Shown piece by piece: positions 60,331 to 64,000 of a DNA stretch of 64,000 nucleotides. The notes beneath the pieces were generated by a model. That model was not told the origin of the DNA, ran no database searches, and was given only the letters and a program-made list of their open reading frames with translations. Origin of the DNA: Camelus ferus (Eukaryota). The stretch covers positions 74,402,001 to 74,466,000 of the forward strand of contig NC_045696.1 of the NCBI RefSeq assembly GCF_009834535.1, given 5' to 3'. Each line of letters starts with the position of its first letter. Position 1 is the first letter of the stretch. The translations under genes and the position numbers were made by a program.

Positions 60331-63209
60331 AGACACCGCCCTCACTGGTGTGGGCAGTGGCCTGGAGGAGCTGTAGGGGGGCTGTAGGAGAGGAAGAGAT
60401 GGTGGAGGCTGCTGCAGACCTGAGCAGGCATATACGCACCAGGAGCCCCTTCTCTCAAGAACATTCCATGGTGCCAGGCAACTCACACAGACTGTCCTCT
60501 GTCAAAATTTGATGCCCTATAAGAAGATTGACATTCTGAGAGCCATATTTGCATGTACTGAGACATAACTTTCTGAAACCCAGGTTATTGAAAGGAAAGT
60601 TCCAGTCCGTGTATTTTTGTCAGCCCTTGCTCTTGCCTCTACAGTCACAAATATCATATAGATAGAAACCAGGTTTATAAAAGATCGCAGCATTCTGAAG
60701 TACCTAACTGCATTGTTCATTTTAGAGAAGGGGGAAAAGATAAAAATATTGACATGGTGCGATAAGATTTTTAAACAAAACTATAAACCTTCACAGAATT
60801 TAAACTGAAAACAAATGAGTAAAACTCTACAGTACTAATTAAAAAGAGACCTGAATAGATAAGAAGTTCCATATAGAGAAATCCAAGTTAAATTCTTACA
60901 AAAACTGTCAGTCACTTTCTTTCTTTACTGTGACATAGTTTGTTTTATTGTTGTTGTAACTGAAATCACTATGATATTAAAATATTCAAAGTCAAGAAGC
61001 ACATTTCTCTTTCCAATTTAATCTTCTCTAAGAAAATAAGCGTTTTTTTAAATGAGGGTAAAAATGCAAACAACTTCATTTTCACTTTTCAAAGAAAAGG
61101 TCAGGATAACTTTAAGCCTGCTGAAAGATTTTTTTTTTTAAGTTGTTGGAAAGGTCAGGCAGAAAATATATTTCTGGAATTTCTAAATCTTGATGACTTC
61201 AGTACAGAAAGTTCTACAACAGAATACATTGTATTTTTACTGAAATTTGAAATCTCTTAAAAGACATTTGTAATAAGGTCTTTACAAACGTTATAGATGG
61301 AAATAAGGCTAGAAAATGAATCTCACTTTTTGTTCAGTTGAATAAATTCGCCTCAATATGGATATAAATATAGTAATACATACATATTTAATATATATAT
61401 GTAGGTATGACAGAACATATATACATAGATGTGCATATACATATACATGTCTCACCTAAAAGCAACTGTGCATCTGTAATAGACTAAAGGAAAAACAGGA
61501 AGAAAGCCTTTAAAATATCTCATCTTCTATGACTTTGATGGTGACATTTGAGGAAAAGTAGTGTTTAAGAAATAAAACAGAAGTCTTTGTGTTTTTTCAG
61601 TCTAGTGAAATATTACAAGTTTCCAATTAACCAGAACACTCAAAGCTATTTGAGTGTTATTATTAGTTGAAACTTTTCATCACATCAAGGTTGACTAAAA
61701 GGGGGGAAAAGCTTTTTTAGTGGCAGATCTTTCTAAAATGTATTAATATTTCTTTCTATATTACTAAGTACAGTGATACTATACCCGATTCTTTCTTTGA
61801 AGAATGACGATATTGTAGTCCTCAGGGCTATTACTCAGTGCATCTCTCCTTACTGAGTGGTACCCAGGTGTAATTGTCAGAAATGGGCTGGATATATGCT
61901 GACTGTGGGATACAACTTGGTGTCTTTAGTATCCTTCAGATGAGCTGGTTTGTTTTTAAATTAATTTCTTCTTCTAAACGTGAGATTTTCTGGAAAAATT
62001 AATTGAGGATACTGGTTAATTAGGTTTTTGTTTTATGATAAGTGGCTAAAAGGAAATAATGTAATATTGTTCATGTGTTGGGGAGGGAAGAGTAATGGTA
62101 AATTTTCAGACAAATTTTGATGGATTTAAATCATTTTGTGCTTTCTTCAATAAAGTGTTTAGAGGAATAGCTTAGGCAGAGAATCTAAGACTTTCCATAC
62201 TTTCCGGGAACATTTTAAGAGCTGAAAAAACTCTGGCATATGTTGATGTGGGAACAACTTGGATCTTAAAATTAAAGAAATTAATTTTTTTCTACACAAA
62301 TAACATCTGTCTAGAATTAGGGTCAATTTTAATCTATTTAATGAAATATCAGTATCATGTAATTGCTTTTATCTTGGAACCTAATAGACCTTAATGCATT
62401 ATTTAGCAGATTGAAATGAGTTCAGGCCAAATCTCTTTTAACTGTTAATTTCTTTTGATATATATCTGAGAATCAAGTGGAAGAAAATGAAGGGGATAGC
62501 AGAGAATCCATCTTTAGGAGACTGAGAAAAACTTCATAGGCAACTTAAAATTAAAGTATTATCAAATTACTCTTCTGCCTATTTCTAGTGGCTTGAGACA
62601 CAGATTAGAGGCATATTTCCAGCATAGGAGATACAGGCAATCTGCCTAAAGCAGGGTGTAGAAATGACCCAACACCTCCTTGAGCTAGATAGTCCACAAA
62701 CTGTTCCAGTCCTTCAGAATTAGGAACAAGATATGAATGTGATACTTATTTATAATTCATCAGACAAACCAGTGAATGCATTAGTAGAAAAACATATTTT
62801 TGGAACTGCTAGAAATGTTTCAACAATCTTAAGGTTCTCTATGTTGAATCCTTTCTTAGACTTTGCAAGTTGAAGGTCATCTTTTTTATTGTGATTATAT
62901 AACTTTGGTTGAATAGATTTCCTAAATGGCTCTATATTTGACAACCTTAGAGCGCATAACACAGTCTGTGAATTCATCAGCAATCTAATGGTACCTAGGA
63001 GTTTTGCAACTGCTACTTTAATGGGCCAAACCCAGACTTGCCTTGTTTTTCTACTGTTACGGGAAGCCCATTAACTTTTTCATTTCATTATGGTATAGCC
63101 TTGTCAAATTATTCTTTCAAAATAATAAATAGTTATTTCAGTTACTATAGACTTACAAATACATATGGAAAATAATTTACTCAGCTAATAGGATTTTGCT
63201 GATTTATAA

Positions 63210-63420
63210 AAGTATTAGTGCAGAGTGAGTGCTCACTTTTACATACTGTCTATTTGCATCACAAAAACCCTGCAAAGTCAGGGAAGGCAGTTATTAGTAC
63301 CAGTCTCACTCTCCAACTTAGAGAAAACTAAGCTCTCTGCCCTAGGTCACACAAAAATAGAAAGTGTTGTTTCTGGGGCTCAAACCCTGGGTTTCCAACT
63401 TCATATCCCATGCTCTGTCA
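63210..63420 (-). mobile_element. MIR SINE
   Basis: gagtgctcacttttacatactgtc...catcacaaaaaccctgcaaag...gagaaaactaagctc...ctaggtcacac. Confidence 0.6.
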
Positions 63421-63684
63421 ACACAGATCCCACCTAACTAGCCTCAGAAACCACATGTATGTAAAGCCACGTTGCCACACACCTCTGGGTTAGGGTATCC
63501 CTTGGCAATTTGGAAATGACAGATAGGCAAATAGAATTATACTCAAGAAAAGGTAGAAACCTGGCAACTATTTCCTTCCCCTTTTGGTTTGTTAGTTGAA
63601 GGAGAACCTCCCCAAAAAAAGAAATATGTTATATACAGAGTAGGACGTGAGTCTAGGCACAATAGAGACACTGGCTTCAAAACC

Positions 63685-63732
63685 AGGCCACTGACCACTA
63701 GACCACTGACCACTAGGCCACTGACCAGCTAG
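63685..63732 (+). repeat. 15-bp tandem repeat, 3 copies
   Basis: aggccactgaccact / agaccactgaccact / aggccactgaccagct. Confidence 0.9.
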
Positions 63733-64000
63733 AACAGATTACCTGGTTGCCTCCTAATCCAGCCTTTCCTGTTCATGGTGTCAGTACATACAGTGGGGGA
63801 AAGAATTGAGAGATTGCTTTTTAAATAAGCACCTAAATGATAGCTTCAAAAGCAAATTTCATCTGTTGATATAATTGTAACAGTGTCCTACATTTGGAAT
63901 TAATCAAACTGTGATTTTAGCTCTGCAGAAAGTTTGACAGAAGAGTAAAATGAGCCAGTACATCATCTGCATAACAATGGAAGTGTGAGTTACAGATTTG

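Larger units (their letters stand above)
11655..64000 (+). other. PEX5L: PEX5L long intron downstream of exon 2, continuing beyond the window
   Basis: Starts GTAAGT. I found no sequence encoding the remembered downstream exon peptide (GKGSRAADKAVAMVMKE...) by eye. Confidence 0.8.

Noticed and set aside
1..64000. CRISPR arrays, operons, or prokaryotic defence or other novel multi-gene systems
   Set aside because: The sequence is mammalian intronic DNA with no repeat-spacer arrays and no long ORFs.

Overview
This is mammalian genomic DNA, not microbial. A Vic-1-type tRNA SINE and the young L1 3'UTRs point to a camelid. The window lies inside PEX5L (TRIP8b, the HCN-channel auxiliary subunit), transcribed on the + strand. 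It contains the end of the long first intron, a probable internal promoter and 5' exon (~8750-9250), coding exon 1b (10023-10115), the 72-nt cassette exon 2 carrying the YGKL sorting motif (11583-11654), and over 52 kb of the following intron. I did not find exon 1a or exons 3/4 onward. The rest is unique intronic sequence plus interspersed repeats: Charlie1, MER5A, MADE2, MIR, L2, old and young L1, an MLT1 LTR, an ERV1-class solo LTR and possible RTE fossils. There is also a 35-nt U2 snRNA retro-fragment with a target-site duplication (TSD). Apart from exon 1b and L1/RTE remnants, the ORF track appears spurious. I see no evidence of a novel multi-gene system. The points of interest are isoform architecture, retrotransposition mechanics and candidate regulatory elements. 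Repeat families were recognised by eye from remembered consensus sequences, and their boundaries are approximate unless a TSD is quoted.
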